The translations under genes and the position numbers were made by a program. From assembly GCA_964430745.1 (NCBI GenBank), contig CAYSHI010000063.1, positions 1 through 57,094 of the forward strand: 57,094 nt of DNA, in the 5' to 3' direction. Shown here one piece after another: positions 8,922 to 18,813 of this stretch. How positions within the stretch are numbered: position 1 is the first letter of the stretch; each line of letters opens with the position of its first letter. The notes beneath the pieces were generated by a model. The model was not told the origin of the DNA, searched no databases, and saw nothing but the letters and a program-made list of their open reading frames with translations. The DNA comes from an uncultured Acidobacteriota bacterium (GTDB lineage: Bacteria; Acidobacteriota; UBA890).

Positions 8922-9437
8922 ATGAGCCGTTTACGTGAACACGCCGACCTGGAGCCGGATGCCGCGGCGGGTTTCCGTTTTGCGGTGGTCGTCAGCCGAT
9001 TCAACGGCGAGATCACCGGAGCTCTCCTCGAAGGGGCGCAGCAGACCTTGCGGCAGCACGGCGCTGCGAGCGACGCGGTGCAGGTATATGAGGTCCCCGG
9101 GGCGTTCGAGCTGCCGATGACCGCGGCCCGCCTCGCCGAAGGCGGCGTCGACGCGATCATCTGTCTGGGCGCGTTGATCAAGGGCGAGACGCCCCATTTC
9201 GACTACCTCGGAGCCTCCGTAGCACATGGTATCTGCGACGTTGCGGTACGTTCCGGTGTTCCGGTGATCTTCGGAGTCCTCACCTGCGAGCAACGCGAGC
9301 ACGCCGAGGCTCGTGCCGGGGGCGCGCGCGGTAACAAGGGAGCGGAGGCGGCGCTTGCAGCCATCGAGATGGCCGACCTCTTTGCTTCGATTTCTTCCGG
9401 AGGACCCGACGATGGGCGTCCGACATCGCGCTCGTGA
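8922..9437 (+). CDS. ribH: 6,7-dimethyl-8-ribityllumazine synthase
   Basis: [13 protein letters not shown]...[11 protein letters not shown]...[14 protein letters not shown] are RibH signatures. Confidence 0.95.
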   Translation: MSRLREHADLEPDAAAGFRFAVVVSRFNGEITGALLEGAQQTLRQHGAASDAVQVYEVPGAFELPMTAARLAEGGVDAIICLGALIKGETPHFDYLGASVAHGICDVAVRSGVPVIFGVLTCEQREHAEARAGGARGNKGAEAALAAIEMADLFASISSGGPDDGRPTSRS

Positions 9438-12366
9438 GGCGGCGGTACAGTGCCTCTATCAGTGGGAGGTGACCGGTGCCGATCCGGAGAAGATCCTCGC
9501 CGGTTACTGGGAGAGCTACGGCTCCGACGATCTGGCGCTCAAGCGTTTCGCAGAGTTGCTGTTCCGTGGCACGGTGGCGCGGATTGTCGACATCGACGCT
9601 ATGATCTCCGGGCAGACCAAACACTGGCGTCTGGACCGATTGGGACTGGTCGAAAAGAGCATTCTGCGCCTCGGCGCCTACGAGCTCGCGTACGACCCGG
9701 AGACGCCGCCCGCCGTGGTCATCGATGAGGCGGTGGAGCTGTGCAAGAAATTCTGCGGTCCGGAAGCGGGGCCGTTCGTCAACGGTATCCTCGACGCCAT
9801 CAAGGGCCGCGTCGGGGAGCCCGGCGGAACCATTCGAACCGTGAAATACGACCCCTCGACGATCGAATCCAAGTGGCAGAAGCGCTGGGACGACGATGCC
9901 GTATACCGGGCCGGCGACAGCGACGAGGGCAAGAAGTACTACTGCCTCGAGATGCTCCCGTATCCGTCCGGGCGCTTGCACATGGGGCATGTTCGCAATT
10001 ACTCGCTGGGCGACGTGGTGGCGCGTTTTCGCCGCATGCGGGGCTTCAACGTCATGCACCCGATGGGATGGGACTCGTTCGGCATGCCGGCGGAAAACGC
10101 GGCCATCGAGCGCGGGACGCACCCGGCGATCTGGACGCGCGAGAACATCGCGGTGATGCGGGCACAGCTCAAGACGCTCGGCTTCGCCTACGACTGGGAT
10201 CGTGAGATCGCCAGCCATACACCGGAGTACTACCGCTGGAACCAGTGGCTGTTCCTGCGCTTCCTGGAGCGCGGCCTGGCGTATCGCAGGGAGGCCCTGC
10301 TCAACTGGTGCCCCTCGTGCGAGACGGTGCTTGCCAACGAACAGGTGGAAGACGGCGCGTGCTGGCGCTGCGGCTCGGCGGTGGAAGAGCGCCACCTGTC
10401 GCAGTGGTTCTTTCGCATTACCGAGTACGTGGAGGAGCTGCTCGAGGACGTCGACAAGCTCGAGGGTTGGCCGGAGCGCGTCCGCAATATGCAGCGCAAC
10501 TGGATCGGACGCAGCAACGGTGCTCAGGTCGCTTTTTCGGTAGAGGGCGAGGGGGAGTCGCTGGAGGTCTTCACCACGCGCATCGATACGATCTTCGGCG
10601 CCACCTTCATGGTTCTGGCTCCGGAGCACCCGCTCGCGCGCCGCTGGTATGACGGCGGACCCGGCGCGGACGCCGACCTCGATCGCGAGGCCTTCGCCGC
10701 CCGCGTCGACGAGCTGGAGAAGATGAATCGCCGGCAACGCCCCGGCGAAGAGGGCGAGAAGGAAGGGGTCTTCACCGGCCACTATGCCGTCAACCCCTTC
10801 AACGGCGAACGTCTGCCGATCTGGATCGCCAACTTCGTTCTCATGGACTACGGCACCGGCGCGATCATGGCGGTGCCGGCACACGACGAGCGAGACTTCG
10901 AATTCGCGCGCACGTACGACCTTCCCGTGCGTCCGGTGATCGCTCCCGCCGCGGGCGAGGCGGCCGACGGGATCGCCGACCCCGAAGCCATGACGGAGGC
11001 GGCGCCTATCTACGGTGCCTTGATGGATAACTGCGGCGCCTACGCCGGCATGAGCTCGGAGAGCGCGCAGGAGAAAATGGTCGCCGACGCGGAAGCCGGC
11101 GACTTCGGCGGCGCCGCGATCGACTACAGGATCAAGGACTGGGGCGTATCGCGCCAACGCTACTGGGGTACGCCGATTCCGGTGATCCATTGCGGCGCCT
11201 GCGGGGTGGTACCGGTTCCCGACGAGGATCTTCCGGTGGTGCTGCCGGAAGACGTGGAGCTTTCCGGAGAAGGAGGCTCCCCGCTGGGCAAGGTCGAGGC
11301 GTTCGTCAACGTCGATTGTCCGAGCTGCGGCTCCGCGGCACGGCGCGAGACCGACACCATGGACACGTTCGTCGACTCGTCTTGGTATTACCTGCGCTAC
11401 CTCTCGCCGCACGACACGGAAGCGCCGTTCGAGCGCGGGGCGGCTGATTACTGGCTGCCGGTGGACATCTACATCGGTGGCATCACCCACGCGGTGCTGC
11501 ACCTGCTGTACTTCCGTTTTTTCTGCAAGGCCATGGCGGACCTCGGATTGCTGCAGGTGCGGGAGCCTGTCACCCGGTTGCTCACGCAAGGCATGGTGCT
11601 GCTGGGAGGTTCGGCGATGTCGAAGTCGCGCGGCAACGTCGTCGATCCGGAGTCCATGGTGCAGCGCTATGGCGCCGACGCGACACGCCTCTTCGTCTTG
11701 TTTGCCGCGCCCCCGGAACGCGACTTCGAGTGGGACGAGGGGGGAATCGAGGGGTGTTCCCGTTTTCTCAGCCGGACCTGGACAATCGTCGAGCAGTCGC
11801 TCGCGTCGATCGCCGACGTCGGCACGTCCGGTAGCGCGACAGACTTGCCGGATGCGTTGATCAGACTACGGCGCAAAGCGCACGACACGACCCGACGGGT
11901 GACCGAAGAGATCGACCAACGATTGCACTTCAATACCGCCGTGGCGGTGCTGATGGAGCTGCTCAACGAGTGCTACGCCGCGACGGCGGAAGTACCGCCG
12001 GCCGAAGCGGGGGAGCACGCGTGGGTGTATCGGGACGCGTTCGAGCGCTTGATTGCGCTGCTGTCACCGTTCGCTCCGCACGTTACGCAGGAGCTCTGGG
12101 AGAAGCTCGGAAACGAGGGTTATCTCCTGGATAGCCCATGGCCGGCGTACGACCCGTCGGTGCTCGAACGCGAGACGGTGCGAATCGCGGTGCAGGTCGA
12201 TGGTAAGGTGCGCGGGACGGTCGAGGTTCCCGTTGATCTCACCGACAAGGATGCTCTCCTCGAGGAGGCTTCGAGGGAGGCCAACGTCGCGCGACATCTG
12301 GAGGGAAGGACCTTGGTGCGCAGTGTCGTGGTTCCCGGCAAGATCATCAGCCTGATCACATCATGA
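9412..12366 (+). CDS. single open frame encoding NusB (N-terminal ~135 aa) fused in frame to leucyl-tRNA synthetase
   Basis: The ATG at 9412 is preceded by GGAGGA. The NusB block reads [13 protein letters not shown]...[14 protein letters not shown] 9-aa linker GEPGGTIRT follows, then [16 protein letters not shown]...[16 protein letters not shown]...KMSKS-type (AMSKSRGN) LeuS. There is no stop codon anywhere between. Confidence 0.8.
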   Translation: MGVRHRAREAAVQCLYQWEVTGADPEKILAGYWESYGSDDLALKRFAELLFRGTVARIVDIDAMISGQTKHWRLDRLGLVEKSILRLGAYELAYDPETPPAVVIDEAVELCKKFCGPEAGPFVNGILDAIKGRVGEPGGTIRTVKYDPSTIESKWQKRWDDDAVYRAGDSDEGKKYYCLEMLPYPSGRLHMGHVRNYSLGDVVARFRRMRGFNVMHPMGWDSFGMPAENAAIERGTHPAIWTRENIAVMRAQLKTLGFAYDWDREIASHTPEYYRWNQWLFLRFLERGLAYRREALLNWCPSCETVLANEQVEDGACWRCGSAVEERHLSQWFFRITEYVEELLEDVDKLEGWPERVRNMQRNWIGRSNGAQVAFSVEGEGESLEVFTTRIDTIFGATFMVLAPEHPLARRWYDGGPGADADLDREAFAARVDELEKMNRRQRPGEEGEKEGVFTGHYAVNPFNGERLPIWIANFVLMDYGTGAIMAVPAHDERDFEFARTYDLPVRPVIAPAAGEAADGIADPEAMTEAAPIYGALMDNCGAYAGMSSESAQEKMVADAEAGDFGGAAIDYRIKDWGVSRQRYWGTPIPVIHCGACGVVPVPDEDLPVVLPEDVELSGEGGSPLGKVEAFVNVDCPSCGSAARRETDTMDTFVDSSWYYLRYLSPHDTEAPFERGAADYWLPVDIYIGGITHAVLHLLYFRFFCKAMADLGLLQVREPVTRLLTQGMVLLGGSAMSKSRGNVVDPESMVQRYGADATRLFVLFAAPPERDFEWDEGGIEGCSRFLSRTWTIVEQSLASIADVGTSGSATDLPDALIRLRRKAHDTTRRVTEEIDQRLHFNTAVAVLMELLNECYAATAEVPPAEAGEHAWVYRDAFERLIALLSPFAPHVTQELWEKLGNEGYLLDSPWPAYDPSVLERETVRIAVQVDGKVRGTVEVPVDLTDKDALLEEASREANVARHLEGRTLVRSVVVPGKIISLITS
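9841..12366 (+). CDS. leuS: leucyl-tRNA synthetase module, with possible independent initiation at GTG 9841
   Basis: The canonical LeuS N-terminus (V/M)[12 protein letters not shown] begins at GTG 9841. HIGH-type (HMGH) and KMSKS-type motifs are present. Only a weak RBS precedes the GTG. Confidence 0.6.
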   Translation: MKYDPSTIESKWQKRWDDDAVYRAGDSDEGKKYYCLEMLPYPSGRLHMGHVRNYSLGDVVARFRRMRGFNVMHPMGWDSFGMPAENAAIERGTHPAIWTRENIAVMRAQLKTLGFAYDWDREIASHTPEYYRWNQWLFLRFLERGLAYRREALLNWCPSCETVLANEQVEDGACWRCGSAVEERHLSQWFFRITEYVEELLEDVDKLEGWPERVRNMQRNWIGRSNGAQVAFSVEGEGESLEVFTTRIDTIFGATFMVLAPEHPLARRWYDGGPGADADLDREAFAARVDELEKMNRRQRPGEEGEKEGVFTGHYAVNPFNGERLPIWIANFVLMDYGTGAIMAVPAHDERDFEFARTYDLPVRPVIAPAAGEAADGIADPEAMTEAAPIYGALMDNCGAYAGMSSESAQEKMVADAEAGDFGGAAIDYRIKDWGVSRQRYWGTPIPVIHCGACGVVPVPDEDLPVVLPEDVELSGEGGSPLGKVEAFVNVDCPSCGSAARRETDTMDTFVDSSWYYLRYLSPHDTEAPFERGAADYWLPVDIYIGGITHAVLHLLYFRFFCKAMADLGLLQVREPVTRLLTQGMVLLGGSAMSKSRGNVVDPESMVQRYGADATRLFVLFAAPPERDFEWDEGGIEGCSRFLSRTWTIVEQSLASIADVGTSGSATDLPDALIRLRRKAHDTTRRVTEEIDQRLHFNTAVAVLMELLNECYAATAEVPPAEAGEHAWVYRDAFERLIALLSPFAPHVTQELWEKLGNEGYLLDSPWPAYDPSVLERETVRIAVQVDGKVRGTVEVPVDLTDKDALLEEASREANVARHLEGRTLVRSVVVPGKIISLITS

Positions 12367-12902
12367 CGAAGGTCGGGACGGTGCGTCTGTGGGCCGCTTT
12401 GTTCCTGTTGCTGTTGGCTCTGCTTTCGGTGCAGAGCTGTGGTTATGCACTCGTCGGCACCGGGTCATTCCTGCCCGAGTACATTCGCACGGTTGCGATC
12501 CCGACCTTCGAGAACAATACGCCGCGCTTCGAGGTCGAGGTGCGTATCACCGACGCGGTGACGCGGGAGTTCATCTCCCGCGGCGACTTCAGCGTCACCG
12601 GTAATCCCGAGGGCGCCGACGCGGCACTGACCGGCACCATCACGGCGTTCAACGTCTCACCGATCGGCATCGGCTCGCAGGAGCAGGCGACCAACTACAT
12701 GGTGATCATCCAGGCGCGGGTCAACTTCCGCGATCTGGTGCAGAACCGCGTCCTGTACTCGAACAATGCTTTCCTCTTCAGGCAGCAGTTCGAGTTGGAG
12801 AGCGACCCGACGGCGTTTTTCGACGTCAGCAACGTCGCCGTCGACGAGATCGCCATCGAGTTCGCCCGCACGGTCGTCGCGAGTATTCTCGAGGGCTTCT
12901 GA
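12363..12902 (+). CDS. lptE: LPS-assembly lipoprotein LptE
   Basis: A signal peptide with lipobox (LSVQSC) is followed by GYALVG. The gene sits in the conserved leuS-lptE-holA position. Its ATG overlaps the leuS stop. Confidence 0.8.
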   Translation: MTKVGTVRLWAALFLLLLALLSVQSCGYALVGTGSFLPEYIRTVAIPTFENNTPRFEVEVRITDAVTREFISRGDFSVTGNPEGADAALTGTITAFNVSPIGIGSQEQATNYMVIIQARVNFRDLVQNRVLYSNNAFLFRQQFELESDPTAFFDVSNVAVDEIAIEFARTVVASILEGF

Positions 12903-12903
12903 G

Positions 12904-13953
12904 GTGGCGCGTCGCAAGGCGTCGCGCAGCAGCGGCTCCAGCGTCGCGCAGTTGAACCGGGCTCTGGAGCGGGGAACCATCGCCCCGGTGTACCTGATCG
13001 TCGGTGAAGACGATTTCCTGCGTCGCAAGGCGGTGGCGGCGATTGTTGCCGCCGTGGCGGGGGACGATCAGGAGGAACCCGGCATGGTGCTCGTGCGGCT
13101 CGATGGAACGACCACAGCGCTGCCCGCGGTGATCGACGAGGCGCGGTCTCTACCGCTGTTCCTGATGGCCGAGGGGCGACCGGTAAGGGTGGTTTTGGTG
13201 AGCCCGTTCGAGGCCACCACGGACGACGCCGATTTGCTGGACGAGTATCTGAAGGACCCCGTCGAGGCGACCTGCGTGGTGTTCGAGGCACGTAAGCTGG
13301 ATGCTCGAAGGGCGACCGCCAAGCTGCTGAACACCCATGCCGCCAAGGTCCAATGTGATCCGCCGGACCGGGAGGCCGACGTGCGTCGATGGATCGAGAG
13401 CTCAGCGTCGGCGCGCGGTTTCGAGATCTCGCGCGAGGCGGTGACCTATCTGCTCGAAATGATCGGGCTCGACCTCCAACAGCTCAACCAGGAGCTCGAC
13501 AAGGTCGAGTTGTTCGCGGCGGGCGGCAGGCGACTGGAAGCGAGGGACGTGGAGCAGCTCCTGGGCCGCAGTCGTGAACACTCCGTGTTCGAGCTCACGG
13601 ACGCGCTCGTCGAGGGACGCTCGGAGGCCGCTCTCAGGGTTCTGAATCGATTGCTCGACGACGGCGAAGAGCCCGTTCGTGTGTTGGCGATGGTGAGCTG
13701 GGTGATCCGTCAGCTCATCACCGCCCGAGATCTCGCCGGCCGCGGGTGTCCCGAGCGGGAGTTGTTACAGCAACTCGGCGGACGATGGGATCAGCGTCGT
13801 CGCGTGCTGCAGAAGGCCGCTCCCGCGGACCTTACCGCGCTCGAGGCGCTCCTTGTCGCATGCTCACGCTCCGACAGCACCGTGAAGATGCAGCGGGGCG
13901 CCGGCAGTCGCGGGACGCTCGAGAGTCTCTGTCGGCGCGTCTGTGCGGCATGA
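12904..13953 (+). CDS. holA: DNA polymerase III delta subunit
   Basis: APVYLIVGEDDFL...LDLQQLNQELDKV...VFELTDAL is HolA-like. The GTG start lies 1 nt after the lptE stop. Confidence 0.85.
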   Translation: MARRKASRSSGSSVAQLNRALERGTIAPVYLIVGEDDFLRRKAVAAIVAAVAGDDQEEPGMVLVRLDGTTTALPAVIDEARSLPLFLMAEGRPVRVVLVSPFEATTDDADLLDEYLKDPVEATCVVFEARKLDARRATAKLLNTHAAKVQCDPPDREADVRRWIESSASARGFEISREAVTYLLEMIGLDLQQLNQELDKVELFAAGGRRLEARDVEQLLGRSREHSVFELTDALVEGRSEAALRVLNRLLDDGEEPVRVLAMVSWVIRQLITARDLAGRGCPERELLQQLGGRWDQRRRVLQKAAPADLTALEALLVACSRSDSTVKMQRGAGSRGTLESLCRRVCAA

Positions 13954-14006
13954 TGCCCGCGATCGCGCGCGGCGCGGCGGCAGGGCAGGGGGGAAGAGCC
14001 CCCAGG

Positions 14007-14276
14007 TCAGGCGGCAGCCGCCTGCTGGATGCGTCGGGCCAGGCGAGACTTCGTCCTGGCTGCGGCGTTACGGTGGATGATTCCGAGACGAGCAGTGCGA
14101 TCGATGAGTCCCTGGGTCTTGACCCACTGGACCTGTATGACGTCCTGGTCGCCCTCGGCAATGGCCTCTTGAAGCCGGCGAACCGAGGTGCGCAGCGTAG
14201 ACCGTCGCATGCGATTGCGTGCGTTGCGCACCTCGTTCTGGCGCATTCGTTTCTTGGCAGACTTGATAATCGGCAT
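14007..14276 (-). CDS. rpsT: 30S ribosomal protein S20
   Basis: MPIIKSAKKRMRQNEVRNARNRMRRS... The internal ATG at 14276 gives the canonical 89-aa S20. Confidence 0.95.
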   Translation of the reverse strand: MPIIKSAKKRMRQNEVRNARNRMRRSTLRTSVRRLQEAIAEGDQDVIQVQWVKTQGLIDRTARLGIIHRNAAARTKSRLARRIQQAAAA

Positions 14277-14293
14277 TTTTCTGAAAAGCTCCG

Positions 14294-15904
14294 TTGACGG
14301 CGAAAGAGAAGCATAAGACGGCACCCGAGTCCGGTCAATCCGCGGATGCAACCGCGGAGAGGGCCCGCGTCTTGCGGTCGGTGGGTACGGTCGCCTCCAT
14401 CACGCTGCTATCGCGTGTGGCGGGATACGGCCGGGACATCGTTTCGACCTATTTCTTCGGAACGGGTCTGTACGCCGATGCCTTCGTGGCCGCATTTCGA
14501 CTCCCCAATATTCTACGACGGCTGGTGGGCGAGGGAAACGTCTCCGCCGCATTCGTTCCCGTCTTCGAGCACGAGGCGACGGAACGGCGACCGGGGGAGC
14601 TCTGGAAGCTGGCGGACACGTTTCATCTGGCCATCGCCGGGTCCGCTTCGCTGCTGACGTTCCTCGGCATTCTCGCGGCGCCTTTGCTCGTCCGCTGGGT
14701 ACTGATTCCGGGCAATCCGGAGGCCTGGGAACTGACCACGCGCCTGGCCCGGCTCACGTTTCCGTTCCTCGTCTTCATTTCATCGGCGTCGGCGCTGATG
14801 GCGGTGTTGAACGCGCGCGATCGCTTTGCCGCCGCCGCGTTCACTCCCGTGCTCTACAACCTGACGCTGATATCGTCGGTGGTCGTCATGCTGCGGGTGG
14901 AGACGCCGATCTACATCTGGGCGCTGGCAGCGGTGGTCGGGGGATTCGTGCAGTGGCTCTCGCTCGTGCCGCACGCGTGGGCGCTCGGCATGAGGTTTCG
15001 CACCGGCCTGGCACTGTCGGATCCCGCGCTCCGGCGCATCGGGCGCCTCATGGTTCCGGGACTGTTCGGCGTCGGGATCACACAGATCAATGTCCTGGTG
15101 GGCCAGTCGCTCGCCAGCTTTCTCGGCCTCGGCAGCATCGCCAGCCTCTTCTATGCTCAGCGCATCACCGAGCTGCCGCTGGGCGTGTTCGCCATCGCCA
15201 TCGCCACCGTGGTGCTGCCGCTCATGTCGCGGCAGGCGGCGCGCGGTGACACCGTCGAGATGCTCGACACACTGAACTTCGCGCTCCGCCAGGTGGCCTT
15301 CATCATTGTTCCGGCGACCGTCGGGCTCGTGCTCATGCGGCACGAGATCGTTTCGGTTCTATTCGAACGCGGCGAGTTTGACGCGACTTCGACCCTCTCC
15401 ACGGCATCGGCTCTCGCAGCCTATTCCGTGGGCCTGCTCGCCTTCGCCGCCGTGCGTGTCGTGGCTCCGGGTTTCTACGCCTTACGCAACACGGTGACGC
15501 CGGTCGTCGTTGCCGCGGTGGCCATGGTGGTCAATCTGGTCGGCTGCCTGGTGCTGATCCCGTTCTTCGATCACGCGGGCATCGCCCTGGCCAATTCCGT
15601 CGCCGCCTATGTAAACGGAGGTCTGCTGCTGCTCCTCCTGCGTCGCCGCGTCGGTGCGCTCGGGGGGAGGGCCCTTCTCGCCTCAGGGACGCGTGTCGGG
15701 GCGGCCTCACTGGCGATGGGCTGGGTGGTGGGCGGCGCGCGCTCGTCGTTCTTTCCGCCGCTGGATGCCGGGTTTGTGGCGCGCGCCACCGCGCTTGCTG
15801 CGATCATCGGCGTCGGGCTCCTCACCTATCTTGCCGCCGTCGCGGTGATGCGAGCTCCGGAGCTCGGAGAGCTGCGGCAGATGCGGGCGCGGAGGTCTTC
15901 ATGA
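14294..15904 (+). CDS. murJ: lipid II flippase MurJ (MviN)
   Basis: LLSRVAGYGRDIVSTYFFGTGLYADAFVAAFRLPNILRRLVGEGNVSAAFVPVF is the MurJ N-terminal signature. The protein is polytopic and 536 aa, with a TTG start. Confidence 0.9.
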   Translation: MTAKEKHKTAPESGQSADATAERARVLRSVGTVASITLLSRVAGYGRDIVSTYFFGTGLYADAFVAAFRLPNILRRLVGEGNVSAAFVPVFEHEATERRPGELWKLADTFHLAIAGSASLLTFLGILAAPLLVRWVLIPGNPEAWELTTRLARLTFPFLVFISSASALMAVLNARDRFAAAAFTPVLYNLTLISSVVVMLRVETPIYIWALAAVVGGFVQWLSLVPHAWALGMRFRTGLALSDPALRRIGRLMVPGLFGVGITQINVLVGQSLASFLGLGSIASLFYAQRITELPLGVFAIAIATVVLPLMSRQAARGDTVEMLDTLNFALRQVAFIIVPATVGLVLMRHEIVSVLFERGEFDATSTLSTASALAAYSVGLLAFAAVRVVAPGFYALRNTVTPVVVAAVAMVVNLVGCLVLIPFFDHAGIALANSVAAYVNGGLLLLLLRRRVGALGGRALLASGTRVGAASLAMGWVVGGARSSFFPPLDAGFVARATALAAIIGVGLLTYLAAVAVMRAPELGELRQMRARRSS

Positions 15905-16389
15905 TCTGCGTGGTGCAGAGGGTGCGATCGGCTGCCGTCGAGGTGGAGGGCGTGACCGTCGGCGAGATCGGCGTGGGGCTGCTTGCGCTCGTGGCGGTCG
16001 TCGAGGGCGATGACGTCGGCGACGCCGCTCATGTTGCCGAGCGCTTGCGCCACCTGCGCATCTTCGCCGACGAGGAGGGCCGGATGAACCTTTCCGTGGA
16101 GGATGTCGCCGGCAGCGTGCTGCTTGTTTCACAGTTCACCCTCGCGGGCGATGTCCGCCGTGGCCGGCGACCGTCGTTCTCCGATGCCGCGGATCCCGAG
16201 CTTGCGCGTCGCTATCTCGAGCTCATGGCGAACGATATCGAAAGCAACGGGGTGCCCGTGCGCAGCGGGGAGTTCGGGGCCCACATGGCGGTCACGCTGG
16301 TCAACGACGGGCCGGTGACGCTGATCATCGACTCGGCGCGAAAGAGGCCGGTGGGCGGCGACGCGCAAATGAGTGAGCGGAAGCCATGA
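15901..16389 (+). CDS. dtd: D-aminoacyl-tRNA deacylase
   Basis: MICVVQRV...GLLALVAV...SQFTLAGD...GRRPSF...NDGPVT are Dtd motifs. The start forms an ATGA overlap with murJ. Confidence 0.9.
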   Translation: MICVVQRVRSAAVEVEGVTVGEIGVGLLALVAVVEGDDVGDAAHVAERLRHLRIFADEEGRMNLSVEDVAGSVLLVSQFTLAGDVRRGRRPSFSDAADPELARRYLELMANDIESNGVPVRSGEFGAHMAVTLVNDGPVTLIIDSARKRPVGGDAQMSERKP

Positions 16390-17294
16390 GCGCGCCCGAC
16401 CTCGGCTTCGGCGGCTGGCTGACCGACTACAGCGAGCACCTGAGAGCCGAAAGAGGCCTTTCGCTGCAAACGGTGACCGCCTACATGGGCGACCTCAAGG
16501 AGTTCGGACGCTTCATGAAGGAGCGACAACGCGCGCCCCTGGACGCGGACCCGCAGGACGTGCGCGATTTTCTCGTTTCCCGCCGGGCACGAGGCCTGAG
16601 CGAGCGATCCGTGGCCCGCGGCCTGTCGGCGCTCCGGGGGTTCTTCCGCTACTGTGTCGCGGCCGCGCGCATCGAGGAGGACCCCACGGAGCTGGTCAAG
16701 GCAAAGGAGCTGCCGCGGCGCCTCCCGAAGGCCCTCAACCGCGAGGAGGTCTTCGCCATTCTGGAGCAACCCGACGTCACCCGGCCCGCGGGGGTTCGCG
16801 ACAGGGCCATGCTCGAAGTCGCGTACGGAAGCGGCCTGCGGGTCTCGGAGCTCGTCAACCTGCGCCTCAATGACGTCGAGCTCGAGGAAGGTTTCATCCG
16901 CTGCCGTGGCAAGGGTGGAAAGGAGCGCCTGGTGCCGCTGGGCGGTGAAGCGCGGCGCTGGGTGGAGGCCTACCTCGGTCGGTCGCGGCCCCGATACTGC
17001 CGGCGAAACAACGAGCCGTACCTGTTTCTGAGTCAGCAGGGCGCGCCGATGACGCGGCAGTGGTTCGGCAAGACGCTCAAGCGTTACGCGCGCAGCGCCG
17101 GTGTGGCGGCGACCAAGGTGAGCCCGCATGTCCTGAGACACTCCTTCGCCACCCATCTGCTGGAGGGCGACGCCGATCTCCGCGCCGTGCAAGCGATGCT
17201 CGGGCATGCGCGGATCGCGACGACGGAGGTTTACACTCACGTCGACCGCACCCGACTGCGGCGCGTGTACGATCGCTACCACCCACGCGCGTGA
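16386..17294 (+). CDS. xerD: site-specific tyrosine recombinase XerD
   Basis: RDRAMLEVAYGSGLRVSELV...GKGGKERLVPLG...HVLRHSFATHLLEGDADLRAVQAMLGHARIATTEVYTHV...YHPRA. Confidence 0.85.
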   Translation: MSAPDLGFGGWLTDYSEHLRAERGLSLQTVTAYMGDLKEFGRFMKERQRAPLDADPQDVRDFLVSRRARGLSERSVARGLSALRGFFRYCVAAARIEEDPTELVKAKELPRRLPKALNREEVFAILEQPDVTRPAGVRDRAMLEVAYGSGLRVSELVNLRLNDVELEEGFIRCRGKGGKERLVPLGGEARRWVEAYLGRSRPRYCRRNNEPYLFLSQQGAPMTRQWFGKTLKRYARSAGVAATKVSPHVLRHSFATHLLEGDADLRAVQAMLGHARIATTEVYTHVDRTRLRRVYDRYHPRA

Positions 17295-17300
17295 ACGCCA

Positions 17301-18686
17301 TTGGTTGATGATCTGCTGGACAAGCTGGATGCCGAACAGCGTGAGCTGGTGCTCGCCTGCGGACGCTTTGCCGCCGAGCGCGGCGAACGTGCTTTTCTCG
17401 TCGGTGGCTCCGTGCGGGACCTTTTCCTGGACCGGGACCACGACGACCTCGACATCGTGGTCGAGGGCGACGGCCTGGCCGTGGCACAGGCGCTCTCGCG
17501 CTCCGTGGACGGCGAGCTCACCCGGCATCATGCGTTCCAAACGGCCACGGTGAGCACTCCCGGGGGCCTGAGGGTCGATGTCGCGACGGCGCGGAGCGAG
17601 CAGTACCCGCGTCCCGGGCAACTGCCTCAGGTGGTGCCCGGAAGCCTCGCCGAGGACCTGGAGCGGCGCGATTTCACCATTAATACAATGGCCATCGATC
17701 TCGGCCCGGGCGAGGTCGGCGCTCTCATCGACCCGCTGGGCGGGATCGCGGATCTTCGGGCCGACCTCATCCGGGTGATGCACTCCCGCTCTTTCGCCGA
17801 CGATCCGACGCGGGTGTTGCGGGCGATTCGCTTTGCCCTTCGTTTCGGCTCTGAGATCGAAACCGATACCCATGCCTGGCTACGGCGGGCGGTTACGGGT
17901 GGCTATCTCGCCGACGTCTCGGGCGACCGGGTCCGCAAAGAGATCCGCCTGAGCTTCGGAGAAGCCCCCATAGAGGGCCCACTCCGATTGCGCGACGAGG
18001 GTGTGTTGCGGGAGGTCCACCCTCTCCTCGGAGCGGACGAGACTGCGCTACAAGAGCTCGACCGGAACCTCCGACGTTACCGGTCGAGCGGCGGGGAGCG
18101 CGCCGGGAATCCTCCGGAATCATCGGATTGGACGCTGCGGCTTGCCTGTTGCGCATCAGGCATGCCGCCGCAAGCACGTTGGGAGCTGGTTCGGCGGCTG
18201 CGTCTGAGCCGCGATGAGCGCTCCGCCTTGATCGACGCCGGCGTCCCGTGGCGCAAGGCGTCAGCGGCGATATCGACACCGGGCAGTGTTCGCGACAGCG
18301 ACGTGGAGCGCGCTCTGCGCCCGCTCTCGTCCGGCGGGTTGTTGGTGGTCGCCGCGGAGGGCGCAGGCTCCTCCTCGACCGCGGCGTCGGCCGCCGTTGC
18401 CTCCTCCGAGGGCACTTCTTCGTCCCCCGACCCAGGCGATACCGGGATGGGGATGCTCCGCGCCGAGGAGACCCTTACGGATCTGTTGTGGCGCTACCTG
18501 GAGCACATGCAGGAGGTGCGGCCCGAGCTGAACGGCGCGGATTTGTTGGAACTGGGAGTTTCACAAGGGCCGGACGTAGGGCTCTTACTCGAGAAGTTAC
18601 GCAGCGCACGCCTCGATGGAGGGGCGCGCGACAGCGAAGACGAGCGCCGCCTGGTGCTCGGCTGGCTGGCTGAAAAGCCGCTCTGA
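17301..18686 (+). CDS. CCA-adding enzyme / poly(A) polymerase family nucleotidyltransferase with a C-terminal extension
   Basis: LVGGSVRDLFLDRDHDDLDIVV...RDFTINTMA is the PolyA_pol head domain. A Ser/Ala-rich low-complexity segment lies near residues 350-385. The start is TTG. Confidence 0.8.
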   Translation: MVDDLLDKLDAEQRELVLACGRFAAERGERAFLVGGSVRDLFLDRDHDDLDIVVEGDGLAVAQALSRSVDGELTRHHAFQTATVSTPGGLRVDVATARSEQYPRPGQLPQVVPGSLAEDLERRDFTINTMAIDLGPGEVGALIDPLGGIADLRADLIRVMHSRSFADDPTRVLRAIRFALRFGSEIETDTHAWLRRAVTGGYLADVSGDRVRKEIRLSFGEAPIEGPLRLRDEGVLREVHPLLGADETALQELDRNLRRYRSSGGERAGNPPESSDWTLRLACCASGMPPQARWELVRRLRLSRDERSALIDAGVPWRKASAAISTPGSVRDSDVERALRPLSSGGLLVVAAEGAGSSSTAASAAVASSEGTSSSPDPGDTGMGMLRAEETLTDLLWRYLEHMQEVRPELNGADLLELGVSQGPDVGLLLEKLRSARLDGGARDSEDERRLVLGWLAEKPL

Positions 18687-18744
18687 CAGCGGCTTTGCGC
18701 CGTTTCGCTCGATTGACGGGGGCGGAGGTGCGTGATACGTTCGC

Positions 18745-18799
18745 ACGGTCCTTTCTTCCGCGCGCCTATCTCTGCGCGCGCGCACCGTCTTTCATTTTT
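18745..18799 (+). terminator. intrinsic-terminator-like hairpin plus T-tract between the cca-like gene and metK
   Basis: ACGGT(18745-49)/ACCGT(18784-88) closes a GCGCGC-rich inner stem (18760-65 / 18778-83). It is followed by cTTTcaTTTTTc (18789-18800). Confidence 0.35.
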
Positions 18800-18813
18800 C
18801 GAGCGCTCAGACC

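Noticed and set aside
9280-11589. Very long antisense or off-frame ORFs opposite real genes. Examples: 9280..11589(-), 1987..3303(-), 5334..6662(-), 16212..17873(-), 20524..22146(+), 28874..30103(+), 35762..37333(-), 38445..40868(-), 48027..50060(+), 50041..51816(+), 53592..54731(+), 55335..56453(+).
   Set aside because: Each one lies entirely opposite or out of frame with a gene that has clear family motifs. Their translations are Arg/Pro/Gly/Ala-rich low-complexity strings, typical of stop-poor shadow frames in very GC-rich DNA.
16386-17294. Tyrosine recombinase as a marker of an integrated mobile element.
   Set aside because: It is colinear with chromosomal XerD down to the C-terminal ...YHPRA. 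It is embedded by ATGA overlap in a murJ-dtd-xerD housekeeping string, and no phage or IS genes flank it.
18687-18813. SAM riboswitch upstream of metK.
   Set aside because: I could not recognise the conserved SAM-I core, and the spacer is too short for it. The small SAM-II/V/SAH classes cannot be judged by eye. It is kept only as a low-interest finding about the hairpins.
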